Assembly: GCF_006345805.1 (NCBI RefSeq) | Contig: NC_043000.1 | Coordinates: 78,368,001 to 78,432,000, forward strand | Source: Octopus sinensis | Lineage: Eukaryota | DNA length: 64,000 nucleotides | Direction of reading: 5' to 3' | Part shown: positions 28,633-40,543 of the stretch, piece by piece | Numbering within the stretch: position 1 is the stretch's first letter | Layout: the number at the start of each line of letters is the position of its first letter | Position numbers and translations under genes: made by a program | Notes under the pieces: model-generated | Database searches by the model: none | Seen by the model: only the letters and a program-made list of their open reading frames with translations | What the model was told of the DNA's origin: nothing

Positions 28633-29514
28633 TATATGCATATATACATGCACACATGTACATGCCTACATATATATGTATATATACATGTATATATGGG
28701 TACAGGACATCAAAAGGGCATGAACAAAATGCGAAACGAGAACATAAAAACAAAAGCATGGAAAATTAACTTTTTTCAAACAACGAAAGAAATAATTAGA
28801 GAAACGAGACAGGCAATATAAAGAACATTCCCTTCATCAGTTGTCCCCTGTTTTATCTACTCTGTGTTTTGAAGGTAGGGACAAGACACGACTTTGTTAA
28901 AACAGTCCTTCAGGCAAAGCAAATTAAATAAAATTTGGGATTTTTTGCGGAGGATTAAAGTGGTAACAAAAAACAGGACAGTAAGAACAAAACAGTAAAA
29001 ACATATGGTGAGGGCTCTTAAGCCATAACGAGATGAAGTGGTGAATGCTGGAAAAACGAGCTTTGAGAAGAGACAGGCAAAAGCATGTCTTGTCTTTAGG
29101 AAGGAAGTGGTAAAAAGAAAGATAGATAGCTGTTAGTCACATGTGAGCAACGAGAGAGTCAAGAAGGAAGAGTGAGAGAGAGAGGGAATGGTGAAAAGGA
29201 GAGGAGAAGAATTAGGGAAAGGGTGAGAGAGAAGAACAGAAAGAGAGGGAGATAGAATAGAGATAGGTTGTAGAGTGCGCATCGGAATTATTAAGATAAA
29301 ACTTATTTGGAAATGGATGTGTAGCGTTCGATCATATAATATAAATAATATAAATAATATATATATATATATATATATGAAAATAGTAATGCAATATGAG
29401 AGTATTGCTTCACTGCGTATGTACTAGTAAAGTTGCGTGTGTGCAACAAACATGAAAAAATTGTCTTACCTCTAGGAAAAACATCTGAAAAATGAAAAAC
29501 CTAGATAATGGATA

Positions 29515-29586
29515 ATGCAGTACCGGTTTCGGATTTTTCAAATAAGCTTGCCAAACGTAAACTTGATTTATCCTCATCAGCTGCAT
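29515..29586 (-). ncRNA. type I minimal hammerhead ribozyme, intact core
   Basis: Minus strand: ATGCAG-CTGATGA-GGAT..ATCC-GAAAC-CG-GTA-CTGCAT. Perfect 6-bp stem I, palindromic stem III (ACCGGT), GUA cleavage triplet. Confidence 0.85.
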
Positions 29587-29817
29587 AAACCTCAACAATA
29601 TTTCAAAAGTTGCCACATCTATGCCATTACACTCATCCGAAACGCCACAACGTTAACAGAACAAGAACAGTGAAGAAGTTTCAATGAAAATAGTAATGCA
29701 ATACGAGAGTATTGCTTTCCAGTAGATATCGGTGCTTCGTTGTACCATTTATTTACTTTTATGTATATATATATACACACATATATATAATATATGCACA
29801 CACACATGTACATGCCT

Positions 29818-29848
<31 letters not shown>

Positions 29849-30084
29849 CATATATGGGTACAGGACGTCAAAAAAGCATGAACAAAATGAGAAACGAGAA
29901 CATAAAAAACAAAAGCATGGAAAACATCCACATACATAAATGTTGAATGATGAAATGAGTGCTCAACACCACATTGGTGGATATATAATTTCTTTATTTG
30001 TGAATTAAGGCTACCATTAGTTTCCTGTTAAGAAAAGTAGGAAAATATCCTAGTGTCTTAACAATTTTTCAGGGATACAAAACT

Positions 30085-30418
30085 CTACTTGTGAAGACCT
30101 GTTGAGGCAAGTGAAAATCGAAATCGATCAACATAATGGAAATTGTAGCTGTGATAGCAGTGCCGGCGGCACGTAAGAGAACCATCCGAATGTGGCCGTT
30201 TGCCAGCCTCGTCTGGCACCTGTGCTGGTGGCACGTAAAAAGCACCCACTACACTCATGGAGTGGTTGGCATTAGGAAGAGTATCCAGCTGTAGAAACAC
30301 TGCCAGATCAGACTGGGCCTGGTGCAGCCTTCTGGGTTCCCAGACCCTAGTTGAACCGTCCAACCCATGCTAGTATGGAAAGCGGACGTTAAACGATGAT
30401 GACGATGATGATGATGAT
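30085..30418 (+). mobile_element. RTE 3' UTR-only copy with (GAT)n tail
   Basis: Matches the terminal ~330 bp of the longer RTE copies. Confidence 0.85.
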
Positions 30419-30510
30419 CCCATGGAGAAAGGTGTTCACCCTCATTTTGGAAAACAATCTTGGTTTGTTTACAGGATTTCTCGTAAATTTGCATGAATGA
30501 AACACTATAT

Positions 30511-30554
<44 letters not shown>

Positions 30555-30741
30555 ATATATATACTGCTTTAAAGTAGAAGGAATAGCCAAGACTTTTTGA
30601 CTGCTATTTCTAAATTCAGTGTGTGGTGAGGCAAATTGTTGCTCCCTTTAAAGTAGAAGGAATAGCCAAGACTTTTTGACTGCTATTTCTAAATTCGGTG
30701 TGTGGTGAGGCAAATCGTTGCTGAACCCAAATTATTTAGTG

Positions 30742-30787
<46 letters not shown>

Positions 30788-30900
30788 AGAAGTATTGGGG
30801 GTGATGTACAGATTTAATATATATGAAAGAAAAAAGATGTTCAGAATGCTGGATGGTTGTAAAAATATATATTTATTTATATATCACATATTATTACTTC

Positions 30901-30942
30901 ATATTAGCGCTTTCAACTACTCCTGTAGTTTCATCAGAATAT
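30901..30942 (-). ncRNA. minimal hammerhead ribozyme, intact core, in the loop of an inverted repeat (~30820-31000)
   Basis: Minus strand: ATATT-CTGATGA-AACTAC AGGA GTAGTT-GAAAG-CG-CTA-ATAT. Perfect 6-bp stem II and palindromic AGCGCT. Confidence 0.75.
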
Positions 30943-30992
30943 AAATAAATATATATTTTTACAACCATCCAGCATTCTGAACATCTTTTTTC

Positions 30993-31033
<41 letters not shown>

Positions 31034-31234
31034 CATACATACACATGTATATACATATATATGTATGTATATATATATATACACACACACATGTGTATAC
31101 ATATATATATATATATTTAAGGAAAAACACCAGGAAAATAATATTGTTGATATTTCAATAAATTCATTTCCTCTATTTTTCAATAATAACTATTGTAACT
31201 GCTGCATATACCTCTATATCTGTGTGTATATATA

Positions 31235-33767
31235 TCATCATCATCATCATCATCGTTTAACGTCCGTTCTCCATGCTAGCATGGGTTGGACGGTTCGACC
31301 GGGGTTCTGGGGAGCCAGAAGGCTGCACCAGGCTCCAGTCTAATCTGGCAATGTTTCTACAGCTGGATGCCCTTCCTAACGCCAACCACTCCGTGAGTGT
31401 AGTGGGTGCTTTTTACGTGCCACCTGCACAGGTGCCAGGCGAGGCTGGCAACAGCCACGGTCAGATTGGTGTATTTTATGTGCCACCGGCACGGAAGCCA
31501 GTCGAGGCGGTGCTGGCATCGGCCACGAGTCGGATAGTACTTTTTACGTACCACCAGACCAGGGATCCTGGCTGGTTCAATTCGATTTCGATTTCGCTTG
31601 CCCCAACATGTCTTCACATGCAAAGGGGGTTGGCATGGGTGCCTGTCGTACGGTCGCATTGGAGTATTTTACGTGCCACGGCCACGAGTCGGATAGTGCT
31701 TTTTGCGTACCACCAGACCAGGGATCCTGGCTGGTTCAATTCGATTTCAATTTCAATTCGATTTCGATTTCGCTTGCCCCAACATGTCTTCACAAGCAAA
31801 GGGGGTTGGCATGGGTGCCTGTCGTACGGTCGCATTGGAGTATTTTACGTGCTACGGCCACGAGTCGGATAGTGCTTTTTACGTACCACCAGGCCAGGGA
31901 TCCTGGCTGGTTCAATTCGGTTTCGATTTCGATTTCGCTTGCCCCAACATGTCTTCGCAAACATGGGGGGTTGGCATGGGTGTCTGTCGTTGGATGAGGT
32001 TCTATATCGACTTCGCTTGCCTCAACAGGTCTTTGTGTCCAAGGGAGGAAAGGCATTCATAAGTGGGCTGGGCTCACTTGTCCTGCCTGGTCTTCTCACG
32101 TACAGAATATTTCCAAAGGTCTCGGTCGCTGGTCATTTCCTCAGTGAGGCCTAAAGTTCGAAGGTCGTGCTTCACCACCTCGTCCCAGGTTTTCCTGGGT
32201 CTACCTCTTCCACGGGTTCCCTCAACTGCTAGGGATTGGCACTTTCTCACACACCTATCTTCATCCATTCTCGCCACATGACCATACCAGCGCAATCGTC
32301 TCTCTTGCACACCACAACTGATGCTTCTTAGGTACAACATTTCTCTCAAGGTGCTAACGCTCTGTCGAGTATGTACACTGACATTACACATCCAACGGAG
32401 CATACTGGCTTCCTTCCTCACGAGCTTACGCATGTCCTCAGCAGTCACGGCCCATGTTTCGCTGCCATGTAGCATGGCTGTTCGTACACACGCATCATAC
32501 AGTCTGCCTTTTACTCTGAGCGAGAGGCCTTTAGTCACCAGCAGAGGTAAGAGCTCCCTAAACTTTGCCCAGGCTATTCTTATTCTAGCAGTTACACTTT
32601 CAGCGCACCCAACCCACTACTAACTTGGTCACCTAGATAACGGAAGCTATCAACTACTTCTAGTTTTTCCCCCTGGAAAGTGACGGAAGTTGTTTTCTGC
32701 AGATTTTCGGAGGTTAATGCTCCCGAGCATCTGCCACATACAAAAACTATCTTCCCAGTTAGCCTACCTTTGACATTGCTGCACCTCTTATGTGTCCATA
32801 GCTTACACTGGGTACATCTTATAGAGTTTCTACCTACACCTTTTCTACAGATCGAGCAGGGCCATCTTCCTGAAGACATTTGTGGATTGTCTACCTTCCT
32901 ACTTATTAGTACTTTGGTTTTAGCTAGGTTGACTCTAAGGCCCCTTGATTCTAAACCCTCCTTCCACACCTGGAACTTCTCCTCCAGTTCTGATAGTGAC
33001 TCAGCAATAAGAGCAAGGTCGTCAGCGTAGAGGAGCTCCCAGGGACAGCCTGTCTTGAATTCCTCCGTAATTGCCTGTAGGACTATGATAAATAGGAGGG
33101 GGCTGAGTACTGAACCCTGGTGGACCCCAACCTCTACTTTGAATTCTTCTGTGTACATGTTGCCAACCCTAACCTTACTTACGGCATCTCTGTACATGGC
33201 TTGCACAGTCCTCACCAGCCATTCATCTATCCCTAGTTTCCTCATTGACCACCAGATAAGGGATCGGGGGACCCTATCAAAAGCTTTCTCCATGTCAACG
33301 AAATCCAGGTACAGGGGCTTATCTTTGGCTAGGTATTTCTCCTGCAGCTGCCTTACCAGGAATATAGCATCAGTGGTACTTTTCCCTGGCACGAACCCAA
33401 ACTGCATCTCATCTAAACTAACTCTCTCTCTAATTAGTTGGGCTATGACCCTCTCCGTAACCTTCATTACTTGATCCAACAGCTTGATACCTCTGGAATT
33501 ATTTGTATCTAGGGCATCACCTTTACCTTTGTAGCAGTTGACTAGTATGCTGCTGCACCAGTCATTGGGTATGACTCCTTCGTGTATCACCTGGTTGACT
33601 ATACGGGTGACTAGGTTATAGCCGACACTGCCAGATATTTTGAGCATCTCTGCAGTAATTCCTGATGGGCCTGGGGCTTTCCCTGTCTTCATGCTTCTAA
33701 TTGCCTTAGCTACCACGGAACTATCAACTCGGATAGCTGGTCCCTCTGTAGGGTCAACATTCGGCAT
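31235..33767 (-). mobile_element. 5'-truncated RTE-clade LINE (RT with PHD-like insert)
   Basis: KAPGPSG, QFGFVPGKSTTDAIF, FVDMEKAFD, GVHQGSVLSPLLF, LLYADDL, FRYLG, RRLRWYGHVARM, RGRGRPRKTW; (ATG)n tail at ~31235-31255. Confidence 0.95.
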
Positions 33768-34371
33768 GGAGTTAAATGCAGGTGTTATTCAAATTCCTTT
33801 ACTTCTGACATATGTTTTGAAGACAACATTGGTATTATTCTAAAGGAATAAAATGGTGTAAAACAATGTAATCTTCCCATCAGGGAAAGAAATGTCTTTT
33901 AAAGAGAGTTACACTAAAAATAAGGCAACTACTAGCAAAACTATTTAGTTGATTATTCCTTATGTGAGGCAAATTAAATCTAATCTACCTTCCTGGTTTG
34001 GGGAAGCTATTATTAGGAATTTTCCAAAGAATTCTAGGTATTACTTGAGTATCAACTCACACACGATTAGGACTTATGCCAAAATTAGAATTATTTTTAG
34101 GGGATAGAGAGGGATACTGTAATGCCTGTCTACTTGTGTAGTAGCAAACAAATACTTTTTACTTCTCTTCTCTATACATCAGAATCATAAATGTTAAATT
34201 TTCTTCATTACAACACCCATTAAAATGTGATTGGTCAATGTTGGAATATGAATAACATGTGAGCGAGGCATGTCAATGAGTGATCTTTGTTAATTTGGTA
34301 ATTCCGAATTGAAATCCCATCTTGATAAGAACACTACAAATAATACACAGCAATCCATTCAGTAATAATAA

Positions 34372-35095
34372 TTCTTTCTAATTTAAGTACTAAACACAAA
34401 GCCAGAATTTTGAGAAAAGGATTTAAGTGATCCCAGCACTCGACTGGTACCTTATTTTATTGACTCCAGAAAGATGGCAGGCAAAACTGACTTTGGTGGG
34501 ATTTGAACTCAGAATATAGAGAACTGGGTGAGGTAAATACTGGAATGTATTTTTCAGACATTTAAAAAATTCTGCCAGTTTGTCATTCTTTATAATTCCT
34601 AACATAAGTACCACATTTTAACATGTATAAGGTACTCTTTTTTGTCAAAAATTAGGTTTAAAAAATATGGGAGTTTCTTATACATGGATAGTATTATAAT
34701 TCCTTACAAAACCATTCCCAAATATTATGCCCCCAAAATTATGGGGTTCCTTATACACGTTAAAATACGGTACAAGGTTGGAAATTCAGAGGAGGCAGAA
34801 CTGTTGATAATATTGATCTAGGTACTTGACTAGCAAAGTTGATCTTGGTGAGATTTGAATTCAAAACAACTCTGCTAAATCATTACTACTTCTATTAATA
34901 CTGCTATTTTCTAATTTAGGCATGAGACCAACAATTTTGGGCAAAAGAGTTAGTCAATAAAATCAATCCCTGTACTTGACATATACTTTATTTTATCAAC
35001 ACTAAAGGGATGAAAGGCAAAGGTGACTGTGGCAATTTGAACTCAGAACTAAATATTGTGAAACATTTTGCCTGATGCTCTCCTGATTCTGTGGA
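34372..35095 (-). mobile_element. old Meta-like SINE copies with an interposed TA-flanked MITE (34609-34772)
   Basis: Degenerate SINE motifs. MITE TIRs TACCACATTTTAACATGTATAAGG / CCTTATACACGTTAAAATACGGTA. Confidence 0.7.
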
Positions 35096-35279
35096 TCTGG
35101 AGAAAAGTAACAATGGTAGATAGTAGAAAATTAAAAACAGTAAGTTTATTTCAAGGTCAAAAACCCTTTCCCTTCCTTATAACACATAATCTAACCTTAT
35201 TTTATTTGTTTCTGGAATTGTGCCAACTTTACCTTGACAAACCACGTTATAAAGCAAACCAACAACAGAACCTCTATGT

Positions 35280-35505
35280 GGTTAATCGATTTCCTAGAAA
35301 TAGTTACCAAACCTTCAAATCACGGCTTATTGTATCTAAACAAAAAAGGGGAATATAAAATAAAGTATGGGAAGGACATGATTGGAGCGTCTTTACTATA
35401 TCACAATCGACCAGGAACTAAATAACAAGACCTCATTAATCGTGGTCAAAAGATTTTCTATTGAAAATAACCCTTGACAAACCATAGCAACAGAAAGTAA
35501 ACATG
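35280..35505 (+). promoter_or_regulatory. candidate promoter region of the RING-NHL gene
   Basis: Unique, non-repeat sequence upstream of the ATG with TTCCTAGAA (GAS/STAT-like), ATTGG, CCATAGCAAC (X-box half site) and GTAAACA (Fox). Motif matches only. Confidence 0.25.
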
Positions 35506-35866
35506 AAAGTATATGTGTGTGTGTTGAATGTATGTGCGATCGTGTTTGTGATGTGTGTGTATGTAAATATGTGCCCGTGAGTATGCATAATGTGTGTGAT
35601 GACTACTGAAAGTTTCTATTGGTGGTTAAGCAACAGCTGTGTTAGTAGCTTGACGCAATTGTATTTTCCTGACTGCTGCTACTGATACTACACTTATTAT
35701 CACCATCACTTCTACTCTGCAGCTGTCCGATTCGTGTTATCCTGTAGTATTAATCAACCACCCACCACCAGCACTATCGTAACTATTATTACTACTACTG
35801 CTATTAGTACTTCGGGTATATTCAGTATATGAAGGATCTAACTCTACAGTTCCATGAGAAAGAAAC

Positions 35867-36310
35867 ATGTCGAGCGACTTAGAACAGAAGATAGCAGCAG
35901 ATATAACATGTTCCATCTGCTTAGAGATATTTACTCGGCCTTTAGCCTTGGTTCCGTGTCTACATTCTTATTGTAAACATTGTCTCGAGCTTTACGTGAA
36001 AAACTTCGCAGATAACAATGGGTGTTTCCCATGTCCTGAATGCAGGATTCAAATTACCTTACCTTCGGAAGGGATCGAAGGTCTAACCCATAACCATACC
36101 CTACAAAGTATTCTAGACAATTGGTTTTCGCATAACAAGGAAAAAGCTGTTGAGATTGTGCAGCAAGTGCCCGAAGCCAAAGTTAATATAAATGATGTTG
36201 ATCTATCATCTTATACTGTAGTAGACATGGATGAGAAAAGTCAACTGGAGAAGAATGAACACTCTTTAATACAGCAACAGCACTTTAATACAGACACCAA
36301 CAAAACTTCG
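35867..36310 (+). CDS. RING-NHL (TRIM2/3-like) protein, exon 1: RING finger
   Basis: ATG 35867; CSICLEIFTRPLALVPCLHSYCKHC..CPECR followed by the TRIM-type L..N..L tail. Donor TCG|GTAATT after codon 148 (phase 0). Confidence 0.9.
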
Positions 36311-37117
36311 GTAATTATATCTTCGCTGCTTTGTCGGATATTTTGAAATATTTTCTTCTTTCGAATTGTTTTATTTATACTTTAAAGTTTAAGAAATATA
36401 TTATTATTAATGTTCTTCTGTAGGAAAATGATTGATTCAACATTACATTTAGTTTCTCTATAAATCTAAGTTATTTTGATTTCATAAACTTTACGCATAC
36501 TGAATATGTAGACATACACACACAAATTCATACAGTTTGGGAGACAGACCAATACATTTATTTTAATAACTAGTGAAAGAGGACTCAAAGCATAAATACA
36601 AATATAATTTTTTTATTAACTGAGATTGTTATAGCAGTTAATTCAGGACCCAGAGTTTCGTACTAAGTTACATACCAATCTATAAGTCACTCCTGTAGCA
36701 AAATCAGCTATTAGTTATGAAAGTTTCAAGTTCTGTAGAAATTGTCTAACTGCCTTAATTGGGCTAAGGTAGAAGCGCATGCACAACACCCACTTCCGCT
36801 TTTTTTTTTACCCAAAATTTCTTCGGATTTCTGTTTTCGATATAGGAAAACACGATTTTGCTCAAAAAATCACGTTTTCAAAATTTTAATGGCATCCTTT
36901 CCTTTGAAGTAGCATTTATGTCAAACTTGATCATATGGGATCATATGATTGTTCGTTAAATTCCGTAATTTTTTTAACTTCTTTATGCTTTGAAGTAAGA
37001 GCAGAAAGTGAAAGAGAGGAAACTGAAAGATGTATGTACGTATATATGAAATGGATGTGTGTGTGTGAGTGAGTGAGAGAGAAAGTGTGTGTTGTCATGT
37101 ATGTATCTTTTTGGGCT

Positions 37118-37871
37118 CTTTGTAACATAATTTCTAGGTAACTAAAAAGTTTTAAACTTAGTATACTGGTAGAATGTGTTTATAAAACATCATTTTCTCT
37201 TGGCTTTATTGAGAAAATTCTGTAGGTTGTAACATATTTCGTCTAAAATTTCTTGCATTTCGGCAATTTTAACCAATCAATTTAACTCCATTGACGTAAA
37301 TAACATTCTGTGCATAATGAATATGTCCCTCCTTTAAGAAACAGATTGGGTTTATTTACATTTGTGAAGAAAAAATATACCCTTCCCCCACCCCTAACCC
37401 TAACCAACCCTAAATCTAAATTAGATTGAAATGCAATAGATCGATACTAGGGTTATAATTATGGGTGACAATTTCATACGACACCGCCACGGAAAATGGG
37501 ATTTTTTTCTAGCGGTGTCAAATGAAAACATCACCCATAATTATGGCCCTAGTATCGATCTACTGCATTTCAATCTATTTTAGATTTAGGGTTAGGGGTT
37601 GGGGAAGGATATCTGTTTTTCTTCACAAATGTAAATAAACCTAATCTGTTTCTTAAAGGAGGGACATATTCATTATGCACAGAATGTTATTTACCTAAAT
37701 GGACTCCAGCGATTGGTTAAAATTGCTGAAATTATCGAAATTAAAGACGAAATATCTTACAACCTATAGGATTTTCTCAATAAAGCCAAGAGAATATGAT
37801 GTTTTATAAATACATTCTACCAGTATACGAAGTTTAAAACTTTTTAGTTACCTAGAAATTATGTTACAAAG
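37118..37871. repeat. ~750 bp foldback inverted repeat (MITE-like) with CCCTAA/TTAGGG units
   Basis: ctttgtaacataatttctaggtaac.. mirrored by ..gttacctagaaattatgttacaaag, centre ~37495. A related arm fragment lies at ~3360-3510. Confidence 0.9.
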
Positions 37872-38100
37872 TGCCGTTCATAAGGAAAAGATCCTCTTTT
37901 TGCATGTATGTGAAAGAATGCCATTTAAATTTTACCCTCCCCACCCTAATTTCTTGATTTTTAACATTTTTTTCTTATTTTCTTTTTTAAAACCCACGTA
38001 GGAAAATACAGAAGTTTCGAATCTAGGAATTTTTAAATTTTAATTTTTCATAATGAAACACTCACCCATCCATCAAAAAGCTAAAACGTCCGAATAGGAG

Positions 38101-38702
38101 AATAAAAGTAAAAATAAAAAATATATGTAGGATGTTATAGTTGCAGTTCCATTAGCCAAGAAAACTGGTGTGTAGGAGTGGTAGAAACGCATCTTGTCCA
38201 TGGTACGTAAATTTCGATAAGGAGTTCATATTTTATTACAAATGGAAAATGTGGAGACGTAGATTCTATGTGCTGTTCATTCAAAGAGACCTTGTAGTGT
38301 GAATGAAATTTTGAGAATGTAGTTGTAGTATTAGGTAGATAGAGGAGAGAGAGGAAGAGAAAATGAAAAAGTCCATTTTTTTTCTTTTTTTTCATTAAAA
38401 AATTTTTTTTCATTTTCTTTTCCTCTTCTTTCTTCACCTATTCCTAATGACCATTCTCCTCATTTTAACTCATATCTTTTCTCTCCTCTCTACTTAATAC
38501 TATCACTACATTCTCTTTGAATGAACAGCACATGTAATCTAAGTCTCCACACTTTCCATTTGTAATAACAAAATATGAACTCCTATCGGAATTTACATAC
38601 CATGGACAAGGAGTATTTCTACCACTTCAACACACCACTTTCCTTGGATAATGGAGCTGTAACTATAACATCCTACATTCATTTTAATTTTCACTTTTAT
38701 TC
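38101..38702. repeat. diverged inverted repeat (~250 bp arms), PLE-terminal-repeat-like
   Basis: atgtaggatgttatagttgcagttccatt.. versus ..aatggagctgtaactataacatcctacat; an HHR lies ~100 bp downstream. Confidence 0.85.
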
Positions 38703-38797
38703 TTTTATTTCCCTTTATACTTCTTATTTCCATCCTTTTCTAAAATAACTCCTAATATTGAATACTACTATTTCCTTCTATTTAACCATTTCACATC

Positions 38798-38845
38798 GTC
38801 TCTGATGAAGGGATATCCCTAACATTCCAGAAACAGCTGTAAGAC
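38798..38845 (+). ncRNA. type I minimal hammerhead ribozyme, intact core (sense strand of intron 1)
   Basis: GTCT-CTGATGA-AGGGAT..ATTCCA-GAAAC-AGCT-GTA-AGAC. Palindromic stem III ACAGCTGT, GUA triplet. Confidence 0.85.
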
Positions 38846-39724
38846 TAACTTTCTTATTATAAATGTCCTGAAAATTCCACACAGCCTTTATAGATATATG
38901 TAACGATTAGTTCTTCGTTGCAGTCAAGGGTCACCAATTGTAACTGTTGTTGTTAAGGTGTTGGTTGCCAGTGTAACGATTTGCATTATGATCTGTGTTG
39001 GAGTTGGCAGTTAGCAATTGTTTCGGGTGTTGCTGATGTGCAAGATAGAAGAAGAACAATGATCAAAGTTGTAAAGAAATATTTATTTACCGTTACTTTG
39101 TATAAAGCCATGCCTTGACGGGCAGATGTGTATATCATATAAAAACAATAGTTATCTTTTCTTGTATGTTGTTGCTGTTTATGATTGGTCAATTGCTAGC
39201 TGCCTAACTTGGATTTAAAGGAAGATAGAGTGAATGTTAAGTGTAGGAAGTCAATAAAATGATACCTTCATTGTGTCTGACATTTAAACAGCAGTGGTGT
39301 TTTGATAAGACTTTGTATCATAGCTGGCATTCTCACTGTAAGCCTTCTCTCAGTTGAATTATCTCACTAACAAGATTCTGCCTGTGGTCGCCTCTGCGTC
39401 ATCTCCTTTTTGCCAACTAACTTTTTCCTGCGGTGTTTTAGTATTTATAATTATCCAAACTAGTTAGAGGGAGAGACATATAGTTGAGAACAATGAATTT
39501 TGTTGGCGGTCTGTTATCTCTATTCTAGGTTTTGGAGGCCTAGGAGAGGTTAGAAGGGTCAAGTGGCAAAGACATTATTCTACTTAGCAAAGGCATCTGG
39601 CAAATGTAGCTGCTGTCATTCACAGAAAAACTTGTTTTATGTGAGATAAGTGCTGTTGAGCTGTTAAGTGAAATTTGGTTATTGAGGATTGAATCCATTC
39701 CATGTCTGCATGAAGCCACTACAT

Positions 39725-39930
39725 ATACTCATTTACTTGTTTCAGTCATTTGACTGCAACCATGCTGGAGCACCACCTTTAGTTGAGCAAATCGACACCG
39801 GGACTTATTCTTTGTAAGCCCAGTACTTGTTCTATCGGTCTCTTTTGCCGAACCGCTAAATGACAGGGATGTAAACACACCAGCATCGGTTGTCAAGCAA
39901 TGCTAGGGGGACAAACACAGACACACATAC

Positions 39931-39975
<45 letters not shown>

Positions 39976-40108
39976 TATATGACAGGCTTCTTTCAGTTTC
40001 CGTCTACCAAATCCACTCACAAGGCATTGGTTGGCCTGGGGCTATAGCAGAAGACACTTGCCCAAGATGCCACGCAGTGGGACTGAACCGGAACCATGTG
40101 GTTGGTTA
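39725..40108 (-). mobile_element. CORE-type tRNA SINE with internal microsatellite and CR1-like tail
   Basis: Minus strand: GGTTCAGTCCC B-box, CTTGGGCAAGTG CORE motif, (TA/TG)n, tail ggtggtgctccagcatgg..gactgaaac. Confidence 0.8.
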
Positions 40109-40543
40109 AAGGTACTGGGAAAACATTTGTAATTAAACTTCTCCTGGCTAAAATTAGTCAAGAAAATAAAATAGTTTTAGTTACTGCTATTCTGGGATTA
40201 CAGCCACATTACTACCCAAAGGTCAGACTGCCCATTCAACATTCAAGTTACCTTTAGATTTATCTAACAAACAAGATGCAGAGTTTGCAATACCATGATA
40301 GGAAATATCACAGAATTATTGTCAGGAGGCATCTGACAAATGCTACCAGCTGTTCCATATGTATATGTATATACGTAACTATGTATATAGTTTTTTATTT
40401 CATTTGATACATATATATAGTTACATATATATATGTATATAAATAAGTATATATATGTATATAAATTTATATTATGTGTATATATATATATGTATGTGTG
40501 TGTGTGTGTGTGTGTATATATACATACACACACACACATATAT

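Noticed and set aside
35867-36346. 159-aa RING-only ORF as a complete gene
   Set aside because: A donor at 36311 joins in phase to the NHL exons, so the last 11 codons are probably intron read-through.
37388-37602. Telomere or telomere fusion
   Set aside because: Only two to three imperfect units, symmetric within a foldback element.
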